This document shows, piece by piece, positions 52,400-64,000 of a DNA stretch of 64,000 bases (position 1 is the stretch's first letter; each line of letters begins with the position of its first letter). The position numbers were made by a program, and so were the translations under genes. The notes beneath the pieces are model-generated. The model did no database searches and was not told the origin of the DNA. It saw only the letters and a list, made by a program, of their open reading frames with translations. The DNA lies in NCBI RefSeq assembly GCF_963921235.1, contig NC_086112.1, positions 64,356,001-64,420,000 on the forward strand. Reading direction: 5' to 3'. The DNA is from Mobula hypostoma (lineage: Eukaryota).

Positions 52400-53605
52400 G
52401 GATCAAAGGTGGTGATGAATTGGCATATAGGAAGGGGATTGAAAATCTGGTTGAATGGTGCCACAGCAACAGCCTCCCACTCAACGTCAGCAGAACCAAA
52501 GAAGTGTTATTAACAACAGAAAGAGGAAACTGGAGGTCCATGAGCCAGTCTTCATCAGGGAATTGGAGATGGAGAGGGTCAGCATCTTTAAATTCCTTTT
52601 CAGAGGATCTCCTCTGGCATTGACATATAATTGCCATTACAAAGAAGGCACAGCAGCCCCTCTACTTTCTTAGAAGTTTGTCATGTCATTCAGCATGACA
52701 TCTAAAACGTTGCAAACTTCTATAGCTCCACAGTGGAGAGTATCCTGTCTTGTTGCATCACCATCTGGCAAGGAATGCCAATGCCCATGAACAGAAAAGC
52801 CTACAAAGAGTGGTGGACACGGCCCATTGAGCATATCTATAAGGAGCAGTGCCACAAGAAAGCAGCATCCATCATCAAGGACTCCCACCATTCAGACCAT
52901 GTTCTCTTCTCACTGCTGCCATTGGGAAGGAAGTAGTTGAACCTTAATTCCCACATCACCAGGTTCAGGAACAGTTATTACCCTTTAATGATCAGACTTC
53001 TGAATCAGCATGGATAACTTCACTCGGCTCAACACTTACTGATTCCGCAATCGATGGACTCACTTTCAAGGCATCTTATTATAGGCATCCGTTAGTCTCG
53101 TGAGACCATGGATTTGCGCCTTGGAAAGTTTCCAGGGCGCAGGCCTGGGCAAGGTTGTATGGAAGACAGGCAGTTGCCCATGCTACAAGTCTCCCCTCTC
53201 CACGCCACCGATGTTGTCCAAGGGAAGGGCACTAGGGCCGATACAACTTGGCACCGGTGTCGTCGCAGAGCAATGTGTGGTTAAGTGCCTTGCTGAAGGA
53301 CACACACACTGCCTCAGCTGAGGTTCGAACTAGCAACCTTCAGATCACTAGACCAATGCCTTAACCACTTGCCCTCTCTTACAACTTGCGTTCTCAATAT
53401 TATTTGTTACTTATTTAATGATACTATTAGATTTTTTTGTATTTGCATAGTTTGTCTTTTCGTACTTTGGTTGTTTGTCCTCTTTATGTATAGGTTTTCA
53501 TTGACTCCTCTGAATCTGCTGGGAATGCCCACAGGAAAATGAATCTCAGGGTAGTATATGGTGACATAACTACACTGAGATTTATTTGATAAATTTACTT
53601 TGAAC
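52400..53605 (+). mobile_element. Degenerate Rex1-like LINE 3' part, split by a SINE
   Basis: LVEWCHSNSLPLNVSRTKE, VESILSCCITIW, KAASIIKDSHH..LFSLLPLG; tail ataaatttactttgaact. Confidence 0.75.
53077..53374 (-). mobile_element. tRNA-derived SINE with a CORE-like central domain
   Basis: Minus strand: A-box-like CAAGTGGTTAAGG, B box GTTCGAAC, CORE-like GTGTCCTTCAGCAAGGCACTTAACC, TAA-type tail. Confidence 0.75.
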
Positions 53606-54043
53606 TATGAATGTGGTAATTCAATCATGAAGGAAACTTGCAGCAAAATTGTAAACTTCAGTTTGCCTAAACGTTTGGAGGAGCAGAGTAGTTCAGGTTA
53701 AAAAGGTGTTAAACTTGTTAGTATATTTAAGAACAGTGCAACAATATCCTACAATCAAAAAGAGGACATTCCATGTTAGATCACTTTACCTAACAATGGA
53801 TCATGTGATGATCAAATACAATGGGCCAGATCTTGCTGACTCAGTCATCATGCCCAGAATCACTGCCCAAGGGCATCACTGTGACAAATGAAGTTGATTT
53901 TAGAGAAAGATGAGGATCATGACATCTATGAAGGTCATAGGACACGTAAAATTTGAAGTGTACATGTTGCGCATCTAGCATGACTTTCAGTCAAACGACT
54001 GAATTAATGTTGAATTAATGATGGACCTTTTGTTTTGCAATAG

Positions 54044-54129
54044 GGCAACCTCATAAAAGGAGGAGGACATCTGAACCAATTGAAATTGAAGACCGATTGG
54101 AGTCTCTGATATGTCGTGTAGGAGAAAAG
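54044..54129 (+). CDS. NCBP1: NCBP1 coding exon 2
   Basis: GQPHKRRRTSEPIEIEDRLESLICRVGEK; 86 nt. Confidence 0.95.
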
Positions 54130-54623
54130 GTGTCGTTCATTTAAATCGTTTTAAAATATTTTCTAAAAAGGATGGAATCTTTCTAATTATTGTATGATAA
54201 TTGAAGCCTTGTAAAAATGGAAAAAAGTATCAAATCAGGAGTACCTGCTGTACATTTAACGTTTACAGACATAACTTTTTTTTCATTGCAACATCTGCAG
54301 ATTTTCTCATTTGTGACTTTTTTTCACTACCTGGTTGAATCACAAACAATGTACGATGGCTAATAGAAAGGAAACACTTCTTACTGCCTACAATATCTCT
54401 AAAATCTTAGAAGTGATTTGGTACCTTGCATGTGTCATCAGGATAGTTACTTTGTATGCCTTATGATAGGTATTAAACAAAAGCAAGTTCTGTTCTTTTT
54501 GTTATAATTATCTTCTTTTAATACTTTATTAGTAGTAATTTGGATATATTATTCATTCCAGAGATTTTTTTGTGCATTCATTGTGCCTCACTGTATCATC
54601 AACATAAATGTTTTGTTTTACAG

Positions 54624-54724
54624 AGCACGTCTTCATTAGAGAGCAATCTAGAAGGACTAGCAGGTGTTTTGGAAGCAGATCTGCCAAATTATAAAAGTAA
54701 AATCTTGAGAATACTTTGTGCAGT
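54624..54724 (+). CDS. NCBP1: NCBP1 coding exon 3
   Basis: [34 protein letters not shown]; 101 nt; gtaagt donor. Confidence 0.97.
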
Positions 54725-56332
54725 GTAAGTTGGATGATACGAAGAATTTTGAGGCAATTTGTAAAATCACTAATTATTGTACATTAGCTCTGTTTAACTA
54801 ACTGATTTGAAATTCTGGCTTTTGCAGATTTGGAAATTATTATTTATAGTTGTCCACAGCATGTGGACGTTAATGGCAAGAACAGCAGTTCATGCTTATG
54901 TATAATTACCTTTGAACCAAGGGCTTGTGAAGGTATTTCAGTGGCCATTAAACATTAGCTTCATTGCTACACAATTGTGTATAGAATAAATCAATTAATT
55001 GTAATGGTAAATGAATCAATTAAGGACTGCTAGATTTTCTCTTAAAGGAGATTAGTGAATTAGAGTATCCTTTTTAGTGACAATCTGGTGATTTTACTAT
55101 TACCATCATTAGCATAACCTATTTAATCAACTGAATTTAAATTTCCCATCTGTTTTGAGCATGTATGCAGGTCATTAGCCCAGGCCTGTGGATTAGAGTA
55201 TATTGATTTACCCTTTTTGCTACTAGTCCTCTCAATTACATGTATTGTCTCCATAAACTGCTGCTGTTAACTGGCTACAAACATGGGAAATAAAGATTAA
55301 AAGGAACTGGACATGTTGGAAATCTGATTTCAAATCAGATTTCACCTGATAGGATGAAGTCACATTATAAGTGTGATTAGGGCAGTTGGAAGGAAGTATA
55401 TTTCTTTATATGGGAGATGCATTTACTTTGCCCAGTACATCCCTTCTGCCACCTGCTCTGCAGTTTAAAATTACATTTTTTAATCTCCCAGTTCACACGA
55501 TGGGTTGAGGATCTGAAAAATTAACTCAGAAAATTAACTTTTCATGGATGCTGCTGAGTGCTTCTATCATTTTCTGTTTTTTAACAATAGGAGGAATAGT
55601 TTCAATAGAACAAAATGGTATTGGAGGAAATAAACTGTTTATTGTGATATGCCAGATATCCAATTTCTGGATTGCAATATATAAATAAATAGCTTTTGTT
55701 TTATTTGAGGCAGGGTTAGAGCATGGAAGAATCACCAGAAAAATGAATAATTTAATGGAAGGAAGTACTTCTGACTAGAAAAATATTGCCTGTTGTTTTG
55801 CTAATGGCATGAAGTCTAGTAAAGACAATTGCAAGTATTTTAACATCAGTTTGTGCCCTGACATATTGGTTCTAGGTTTTCAAAGTTTATTTTTAATGAT
55901 GGGTATACAGCTATAAGGTGCTATTGGCAATGAGACCAGCTGGGCAGGTAATCACTGCATATAGAACCTTTACTTATGTTTTATATCAGGGGTTCACCCT
56001 TCATCTTGGACAATAATTGTTCTCTTCAGAGATCATGGCTAAAGAATATTGGAGCAGAGGAGGTTGAAGTATAATCTGGACCATATGAGGTGTCATTTTA
56101 AAGTCCCAAAAATGTGAACAAAGTGCTTTTGCTGGCACCGAACTCTCCTTTTCAAAGGAAGTTTTAAAGCCAATTGTTTAACATTGTGGAGTTATTGCAA
56201 TTACTGAAGCCATTGTTGTGTTGGGTGTCCTCAATGTTAATGCTTAACAATTCTTGCTACATTGGAAATATTTGATTTTCTATAACAATAACAAAATACT
56301 TAGTGAATTATTCGACATGATATTTTCCTTAG

Positions 56333-56489
56333 AGCAAGGCAGCTTCCAGAAAAATTACCTGTATACACAACACTTGTGGGCCTACTAAATGCCAGGAATT
56401 ACAACTTTGGTGGTGAATTCGTCGAAGCTATGATCAGACAGCTTAAAGAAATTTTGAAAGCCAATTTGTACAATGAAGCAGTTTTTGCT
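56333..56489 (+). CDS. NCBP1: NCBP1 coding exon 4
   Basis: [52 protein letters not shown]; 157 nt. Confidence 0.97.
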
Positions 56490-57096
56490 GTAAGTCTTTT
56501 TTTTGTGTTGTAATGGGTAGAGTGATCTGCTCTAGATAGCATTGCCATGTCCACAATTGGATTAAATTTGGTTTGAAGTAAAATATAAAGCTCTGTGAAA
56601 TCTTTTCTTTTCATCTTTTATTTTAATAAACTCTACCATGAGTGGGAGTCATTGCTGTTGGCAGTGTGATGATTATAATGGTGCCAAAGACGATGTGTGA
56701 ATTATGCTCACTGCGGCATTCTGTAATTTCACAACACCCCAATTTGTACCCCAGTATATATCCCATTATATAGGGTTATATTGTTCTTCATGCCCCATAT
56801 TGAACAACTGCTTCCTTCTTTCTCTGATTGGTCTTGGCTTCTTTTAATTTTGCTTAAATATTGTCACTTATAATTCTCAGAAACCTTTTCCAAAGATTTT
56901 GAACTATACTTGTAATCTCTAAAAAGCTTGCAATCTGTAATATGTTAATGATGCCGTTTAACTACAATTATTATAATGGCATGTAAAATGCTTACAATTT
57001 CTATGAAATACACCCTAGTATTTTAAAATTATATGGATAGTGTGCTACTTGTAAAAGGAATATTCAGTTTGGAGTTAAGTTGTGCTCCTTGTGTAG

Positions 57097-57204
57097 GTTC
57101 GTTTTTTGTCTGATCTCGTGAATTGTCATGTGATTGCTGCTCCATCGATGGTGGCAATGTTTGAAAACTTTATCAGCGTAACACAAGAGGAGGACATACC
57201 ACAG
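57097..57204 (+). CDS. NCBP1: NCBP1 coding exon 5
   Basis: VRFLSDLVNCHVIAAPSMVAMFENFISVTQEEDIPQ; 108 nt; gtaaga donor. Confidence 0.97.
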
Positions 57205-57935
57205 GTAAGAAAAAACGAGGAGGAGACACTACAGGTATTAAAAAATAAAGTGATCAAATGTGGTTGTCGGGTGGGATATTTTCCCTGTGTGACTTGATGT
57301 GGATGTTTGGAAGTTTTCTCTGTGCTCCGAGGATTCACTGCATAACTGTTGTGACGTTGCTTTTAAGACCTTTAAACCCTTCTGTTTCTTCATTTGGGAA
57401 TTCTTTTAAAATACCTCATGTTGCTTTATTGGTATTCTTTATTAGTTTGTGGATAGATACCTAAGCAGTGAGATCAAATTATTGTACAATTGTAAGATAT
57501 TTTGCCAAATAAGAAACCAATTGCTTATACTATTCCTTGTCTGGCCATTTTTAACAAGCCCATTGCTGCTTCAGTCTTGCTGTAATGAATCTGCTCTCAT
57601 CATTCTTAAAAAAAACATGTAGGCCCAGTCTATTGATTAAGTTTCATTTATTCCTCTTAGCCAGTTCCTTTAAGACTATTTGAGATGTACCTTGGAACTT
57701 TTTTTTAATTAAAGTGTATGAATTCAAGTGTTTGTTTATAATGATCCTAAATTAGAATATGTAACCAAGAGAAATTCACAATTTCCTTTTATTTTTCATA
57801 GTAATTGATATTACTTTGATATCCATTTTTGCACATTAAGGAAATGGTGCCTTCTATAGGTATTTTAGGCAGCAAAAGGCTTTTGTATTGTAAAACCTTT
57901 TAAATATCTGTCATGCTTGTTTCACTTTGCTGTAG

Positions 57936-58057
57936 GTACGCTCTGACTGGTACGTGTATTCGGTGCTTTCTTCTCTTCCCTGGGTTGGAAAGGAGCTCTA
58001 TGAGAAAAAAGATGTTGAGATGGATCGAATTCTTTTGCAGATCGAAAGTTATCTGAA
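57936..58057 (+). CDS. NCBP1: NCBP1 coding exon 6
   Basis: [41 protein letters not shown]; 122 nt. Confidence 0.97.
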
Positions 58058-58115
58058 GTAAGTAACTATTAATTCCTCTTACAATTGTGAATTAAGTGCT
58101 TAAGATAGTAAAATA

Positions 58116-58722
58116 CTGGACTGGTCAAAGAACACTGAGGCTGTCTACAAGAAGGGTCAGAGCCGTCTCTATTTCGTGAGGAGACTGAGGTCCTTTAACA
58201 TCTGCCGGATGATGCTGAGGATGTTCTACGAGTCTGTGGTGGCCAGTGCTATCATGTTTACTGTTGTGTGCTGGGGCAGCAGGCTGAGGGTAGCAGACAC
58301 CAACAGAATCAACAAACTCATTCGTAAGGCCAGTGATGTCGTGGGGATGGAACTGGACTCTCTGACGGTGGTGTCTGAAAAGAGGATGCTGTCCAAGTTG
58401 CATGCCATCTTGGTCAGTGTCTCCCATCCACTACATAATGTACTGGGTGGACACAGGAGTACATTCAGCCAGAGACTCATTCCACCGAGATGCAACACAG
58501 AGCGTCATAGGAAGTCATTCCTGCCTGTGGCCATCAAACTTTACAACTCCTCCCTTAGAGGGTCAGACACCCTGAGCCAATAGGCTGGTCCTGGACTTAT
58601 TTCATAATTTACTGGCATAATTTACATATTACTATTTAACTATTTATGGTTCTACTACTATTTATTATTTATGGTGAAACTGTAACATAAACCAATTTCA
58701 CCCGGGATCAATGAAGTATGAC
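58116..58722 (+). mobile_element. Rex1/Babar LINE 3' end
   Basis: LRSFNICRMMLRMFYESVVASAIMFTVVCWGS..RLIPPRCNTERHRKSFLPVAIKLYN; 7-bp TSD TAAAATA at 58109-58115 and 58723-58729. Confidence 0.88.
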
Positions 58723-59164
58723 TAAAATATACAATTTATTATTTGATTTTATTTTGAGCATTTACATCATAGCTCTAAGGAGAGAAAAAAAGTCTCATCA
58801 TCGTTCTTAAATGTAAAACTCCTGTATGTTTGAATTGTGACCCCAAATTCTAGATTTCCACACAATAGGAAGCAACCTTTCCACATTCACAACGTCAATA
58901 TCTTTCATAATCTTATATGAATCAATTAAGTCACTTCTCATTGTTTTAAACTCTTATCAGCTGCAAGCCTAGCCTGTCCAACTTTTTGTCAGATGTCAGT
59001 CTCAATGAACTTTTTTCAACTGCTTCAAATACATGTGCACCCTTTGTTTAATAAGGAGACTGACACTGCATACAGTACTCCAGAAATTTAATTTTCATTT
59101 TCTTCCTGAAGGTAAATAATAACATTGTTAGTTTCCTAGCTGAAACTTTAGAGGCACGTACTGG

Positions 59165-59460
59165 AATATTTTGCTAATGCTATTACAGCGTCACCAATGA
59201 CTAAATGGGGTCGATCTCTGCTGCTGATCTCCCTGTGACCGTGTGGGTTTCCTCTGGGTGCTCCTCCCACAGTCCGAAGGTGTACAGGTTAGGGTTCGTA
59301 AGTTGTGGGCATGTTATTTTGGCATCAGAAGTGTTGCGATATTTGTGGGCTATCCAGCACAATCCTCACTGATTTGATTAGACGGCAAATGATGGATTTC
59401 TCTATATGTTTTGATGTACATGTGACAAATAAAGCTAATTTTTAATCTTTATCTTTAATC
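59165..59460 (+). mobile_element. V-SINE remnant
   Basis: gtgtgggtttcctctgggtgctcctcccacagtccgaag V domain; tail gatgtacatgtgacaaataaagctaat. Confidence 0.65.
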
Positions 59461-60467
59461 ACTTGAAGTGTTAACCTGTGAACCATCTACCAAGCACTCA
59501 GAGCTCTTTAATTTTAAACCTCTATATTGCCTCACCATTTAGGTGATAATTTTTAGTCTTCCACCTAAAATAATTTCACATTTTCCAAAGTTATGCTCTG
59601 TTTGCCAGATTTGTGTCAATTCAGCTGTATCCTTTAGTAACTGCTTTATGTCCTGTTTACAGCTTATTTGTCCTACTATCTTTGAATCATCAGCAAATTT
59701 AGCAACTTGTACTGTACATTTTGCTTCTTATCCAGATCATTTGGATAAATTGTAAAAAAAAGTTGAGGGTATAGCATCAATGCCAACCTGAAAAAGATCC
59801 ATTTCCTGTAATGTATCAATCTCAATATGATACTCCCATACTGTAAACTTTAGTTTTCTACAATAGCCGATGATTCAGAATCTTTATCGAATATCTTATG
59901 GAAATCTATTTCATGAACTAGTTCCCCTTCATTATTCAATGCTTTCCTACATTTTCCCAATGCAGATGTTGAGTTAACTGGTTTGTAATTCCCTGTATTC
60001 TGCCTCTCATTTTGATTAAAGGAGTTATTCTTGCTATTTTCCACTTAAATGGAACCTATGCCATATCCATGGAATTTTATTTTGATAGCCTCTTTTTAGG
60101 ATGTGGGATATAATTCTGGTAGCATTCATAACTTTTCTAATAGATAAAAGTGGGAACTCTGCTAATTTCCAGAAACCTTTCAAATCCTTGCTTTTGTCTA
60201 GATTAAATAGGTGAAGTAGTGTGTTGACTGGGGTTGGTCAAAAAACTGGCCTTTTCTGTGTTGTTTTGAGTTATGAAGTGTTTGATCATGTTTCTAAGCT
60301 TTTTAAAGCTTAGTTCAAAGTACTTTTATGTACCTTGGTGGAAATGTCTCAAAAATGTTAGAGCTAATATAGATTTTCAAATTTGATGCATAATTTTTCC
60401 CTCTAACACTAGTCTTCTGTGCATGGAACCAAGGTTATGTTTGATATTTACTCTTATCTGTTTGTAG

Positions 60468-60537
60468 GAGACGACAAAAACATCATGTCCCAATGCTACA
60501 GTGCTGGAATGCTGAACAACCACATTTACAGGAGGAG
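60468..60537 (+). CDS. NCBP1: NCBP1 coding exon 7
   Basis: RRQKHHVPMLQCWNAEQPHLQEE; 70 nt. Confidence 0.95.
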
Positions 60538-62244
60538 GTAAGAAATCTAATAGAAATTAATCGAAAACTAATGCATTTCATTTCAAATAGGCCCTAAGTT
60601 TTTTGCACATTTTTGTTGAGCTGTAATTCAAGTCAGTCTCCCTTAGGAAAGGTTTTCCTGTTGGATATGCTTTGACAAATACTCATTCCCATATTAGTGC
60701 ACCAATTTTAGGATTCATCATATGATTTGAACTTTCTTCCTCACTGGATAAGAATAAGGCTTTAAATTGAATACACAAGTGAATCCGTAAGTCCGTTGTA
60801 GTAATTGAAGGGCCAGTGCAAAAGCTAATCGAGTAAAACGCATGCTGTGAGGAAATTGTCTATAAGTATGATATTGCTTAATATCAAGGCTTGTATATAC
60901 CTTGATTCACAACTAAAATAATGCAAACTTTAAAACTTTAATTATTAAGCAATGCTCGTGATTCTTCTGCTCCTCATCACTTAAATAATGCCATTTCAGC
61001 AAAATTGGTAAAGGTTTCTACTTTTTATTTGTTCTATCTTGATTGAAGGCCTATGGACAAGTAGAAATGAGACTACACAAAGGAAAGAGGAAATGGTATC
61101 TAGAAATTCGGCAAGATGCAAAGGGTTGAGGAGAAGAAGGAATGTGGAACATGATTTTATATATAGGCCAAAGTATTGATAAATAAATCTGTTTTGTAGC
61201 TTGACAACGCAGTAATGTCTGGATTATGAAGAGGCTATGTTTGGCAGATCTTGTACTGCACCATGGAGGCTTGGATGTTTAAATCAGAGCTCTCTGTATA
61301 ATGAGCCTTCAGTCCCAGCATGAATTTAATTATAAGAGATAATCGGAAGCCTGGTTATTCCTAGCAAGTGAAATCTGTGTTTAATTACTGCTCGATCACA
61401 AGCAAAGATAAAAATTGACAAATTACATCAGGGAGATCAAGTGATCTGAAAAAGCTTTGGGAAAGGAACACTGAACTTCTCTCTTTCCACCTATTAACAA
61501 CACAGATAGAGATCTTGTATTCATTCTAATGTGCAAGATAATTCTTGCAATTATCCCAATGATGTGAGAAAATGGCTGGATTAGAAAAACTGAAAGTAGT
61601 AACAATTCAACACGGATGTCTTGGAATTAACCAGAAATAGCTTGGTAACTTGTTTAGGTGTGCATTGCTTTGGGCATTTGCTTAGTTATTTTAAATGAGA
61701 TTTTCAAATAATTGCATATAAATTATGCGTATTTCTTTCACAGGTACTACTTTACAGTATTTTTGCTCTTTATTTACGAGTGCATTGAGAGGTTTTGGAA
61801 ATTTTGATTAATATTTGTACAATTTAGTTGATAGCTGTATTATTTAAGTATTCGCATTTCTAAAATTAGCTACATATCAGAGCTCTGATTCTTGTAAACA
61901 GCAATCTCTAAACTCCAGAATGTAATCCTCTCCTGAACAGACATTCTAAGTTCACATATTATTCTATATTTTTTCATTAAATTTTATTTGTGTTTTTTAC
62001 TTGAAATATTGATCACAAACCAGTCAAATTTTGGAAATGATCACTAATTTGTTACAGTATTTATCAGGTTTACTCTACTTTGGTAAGGGTAACATGATCA
62101 AATATATTACATAATGTAACGGCCACTTGTTGTCTCCTGTACAGTATACATAAAAATTATGCTGCTTCTTAATCTGCATATCCACATTCACCATCTTCCC
62201 CTTTCATTGGCTTCTATTGAATTGTGGTACTATTAAGACCTCGA

Positions 62245-63121
62245 CCTCTGCAGAGGGATATAGATAGGTTAAGTGAGTGGGCCAAAGTCTGGAAGATGGA
62301 ATACAACATTGGTTTATGTGAGATCATCCACTTTGGAAGGAATAATAGAAGAGCAGGTTATTATTTAAATGGTGAAAGATTGCAGCATGCTGTTGTGCAG
62401 AGAGACTTGGGAGTGCTTGTTCATGAATCACAAAAAGTTGGCTTGCAGGTACAACAGGTTATTAAGGCAAATGGAATGTTGGCCTTCATTGCTAGAGGGA
62501 TTGAATTCAAGAGCAGGGAGGTTATGCTGCAACTATACAGGGTACTGGTGAGGCTGCACCTGGAGTACTGTGTGCTGTTCTGGTCTCCATACTTGAGGAA
62601 GGATATACTGGCTTTGGAGGCAGTGCAGAGGAGGTTCACCAGGTTGATTCCAGGGATGAAGGGGTTAACCTATGAGGAGAGATTGATTCGCCTGGGACTA
62701 TACTCTCTGGAATTCAGAAGAATGAGAGGGGATCTTATAGAAACATACAAAATTTTGAATGGGATAGATAAGATAGAAGTAGGAAAGTTGTTTCCATTGG
62801 TGGGTGAGACTAGAACTAGGGGACATTGCCTCAAGATTCAGGGGAGAAGGTTTAGGACAGAGATGAGAAGAACTGTTTTTCCCTGAAAGTGGTGAATCTG
62901 TGGAATTCTCTGCCCATGGAAGCAGTTGAGACTTCTTCACTAAATATATTTAAGATACAGCTAGATAGATTTTTACATAGTAGGGGAATTGAGGGTTATG
63001 GGGAAAAGGCAGGTAGATGGAGCTGAGTTTATGGACAGATCAGCCATGATCTTATTGAATGGTGGGGCAGGCTCGATGGGCCGGATGGCCGACTCCTGCT
63101 CCTATTTCTTATGTTCTTATG
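62245..63121 (+). mobile_element. CR1 LINE 3' part
   Basis: LQRDIDRLSEWAKVWKMEYN..ARGIEFKSREVMLQLYRVLVRLHLEYCVLFWSPYLRKD; tail ttatgttcttatg. Confidence 0.93.
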
Positions 63122-63423
63122 GATAAATAGAGTCAGAATAGGCTCAATCACATCCATGGTGAACCTTTGCTCATCTGCACTAGTTTTGTCCTCCTGGCAT
63201 TTCTTTTAATCTTGCCCAAGTCATCTCTTTTCTTTACCAACTTCAGCTTTCTAATTCAGGTAGCTTGTTAGTTGTACCTTTTCCAGAACCAACTGAGGTT
63301 TTGTTATAGCATTTATCAGTAAAATAAAGTTTAGATCAAATTGAAGTAATTCTTGCACACACTACATTACAACCTTTGACTGACTGGCTGATTAAGCATT
63401 GAAAAGTATTTATTTTTCTGCAG

Positions 63424-63639
63424 TACTTGGACTGTCTGTGGGCACAAATTCAGAAGTTGAAAAAGGATCGTTGGCAGGAGAAACATATCTTGAGACCATA
63501 TTTGGCTTTTGACAGTGTACTCTGTGAAGCCTTGCAGCACAACCTGCCGCCTTTTACTCCACCTCCTCACACAAAAGACTCTGTATACCCTGTTCCACAA
63601 GTCATTTTCAGAATGTTCGACTACACAGATGCCCCTGAG
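63424..63639 (+). CDS. NCBP1: NCBP1 coding exon 8 (gene continues beyond the window)
   Basis: [72 protein letters not shown]; 216 nt. Confidence 0.97.
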
Positions 63640-64000
63640 GTATGTAGCAGCTTATTTTTGCAGTTGTTGGTCACTAGTACATGAACTGCACTTAGAATCA
63701 TTTGCTGAATAGTGGCAGATTCTTAATATGACTGTACTTCTGTGCAGTGCCTGAAATGCTTTTCAGCATTAAAATTGTGATACAGATGCAAGTTGTTGGT
63801 TATGTAAATACTGGGGTAAACACAGAATATTAATGAATTCAAAATTTAATGCATGATCAACTACTAAAAATTAAGTTGAATAAATGAATATTTGTGCCCA
63901 GATTTTGCAATAGTAACCCAGATATTCACGGTAACTAGATTGCAAGTGTACTTCAGTCTGGAAAGTCTGAAGTTGCTGTTAGTGATACAGACATTCTCAA

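Noticed and set aside
53300-53374. tRNA gene
   Set aside because: Truncated tRNA-like head continuous with a SINE body; no complete cloverleaf acceptor stem seen

Overview
Eukaryotic, AT-rich, transposon-dense vertebrate DNA. It is most likely a cartilaginous fish (shark or ray); this is inferred from abundant CR1 LINEs, V-SINE/HE1-like SINEs and Penelope-like elements. It carries the conserved three-gene block TMOD1-TSTD2-NCBP1: (1) the last three coding exons of tropomodulin-1 (+; 3606-3749, 4990-5134, 16484-16548), plus a candidate alternative terminal exon at 6564-6628; (2) a complete TSTD2 rhodanese-domain gene (-; 9 coding exons, 49033 to 20957, 1449 nt, 482 aa, one GC-AG intron); (3) the first eight coding exons of NCBP1/CBP80 (+; 49304-63639). 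TSTD2 and NCBP1 share a CpG-island bidirectional promoter, with 270 nt between the start codons. Nearly all short ORFs in the supplied track are TE fragments or noise. The introns hold CR1 and Rex1 LINEs, an RNase H-bearing I/Nimb-type LINE nested in a solo LTR, GIY-YIG Penelope-like elements, SINEs, a hAT MITE and a 600-bp fold-back mariner derivative. Most notable hidden structure: minimal type I hammerhead ribozyme motifs in the Penelope 3' repeats (three with intact cores, two in the sense orientation of host pre-mRNAs), the equal-length alternative TMOD1 C-terminal exon, the nested palindromic mariner element, and a 30-bp duplication that creates an in-frame second splice donor at NCBP1 exon 5. 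Gene names rest on recalled protein similarity. No database search was run.
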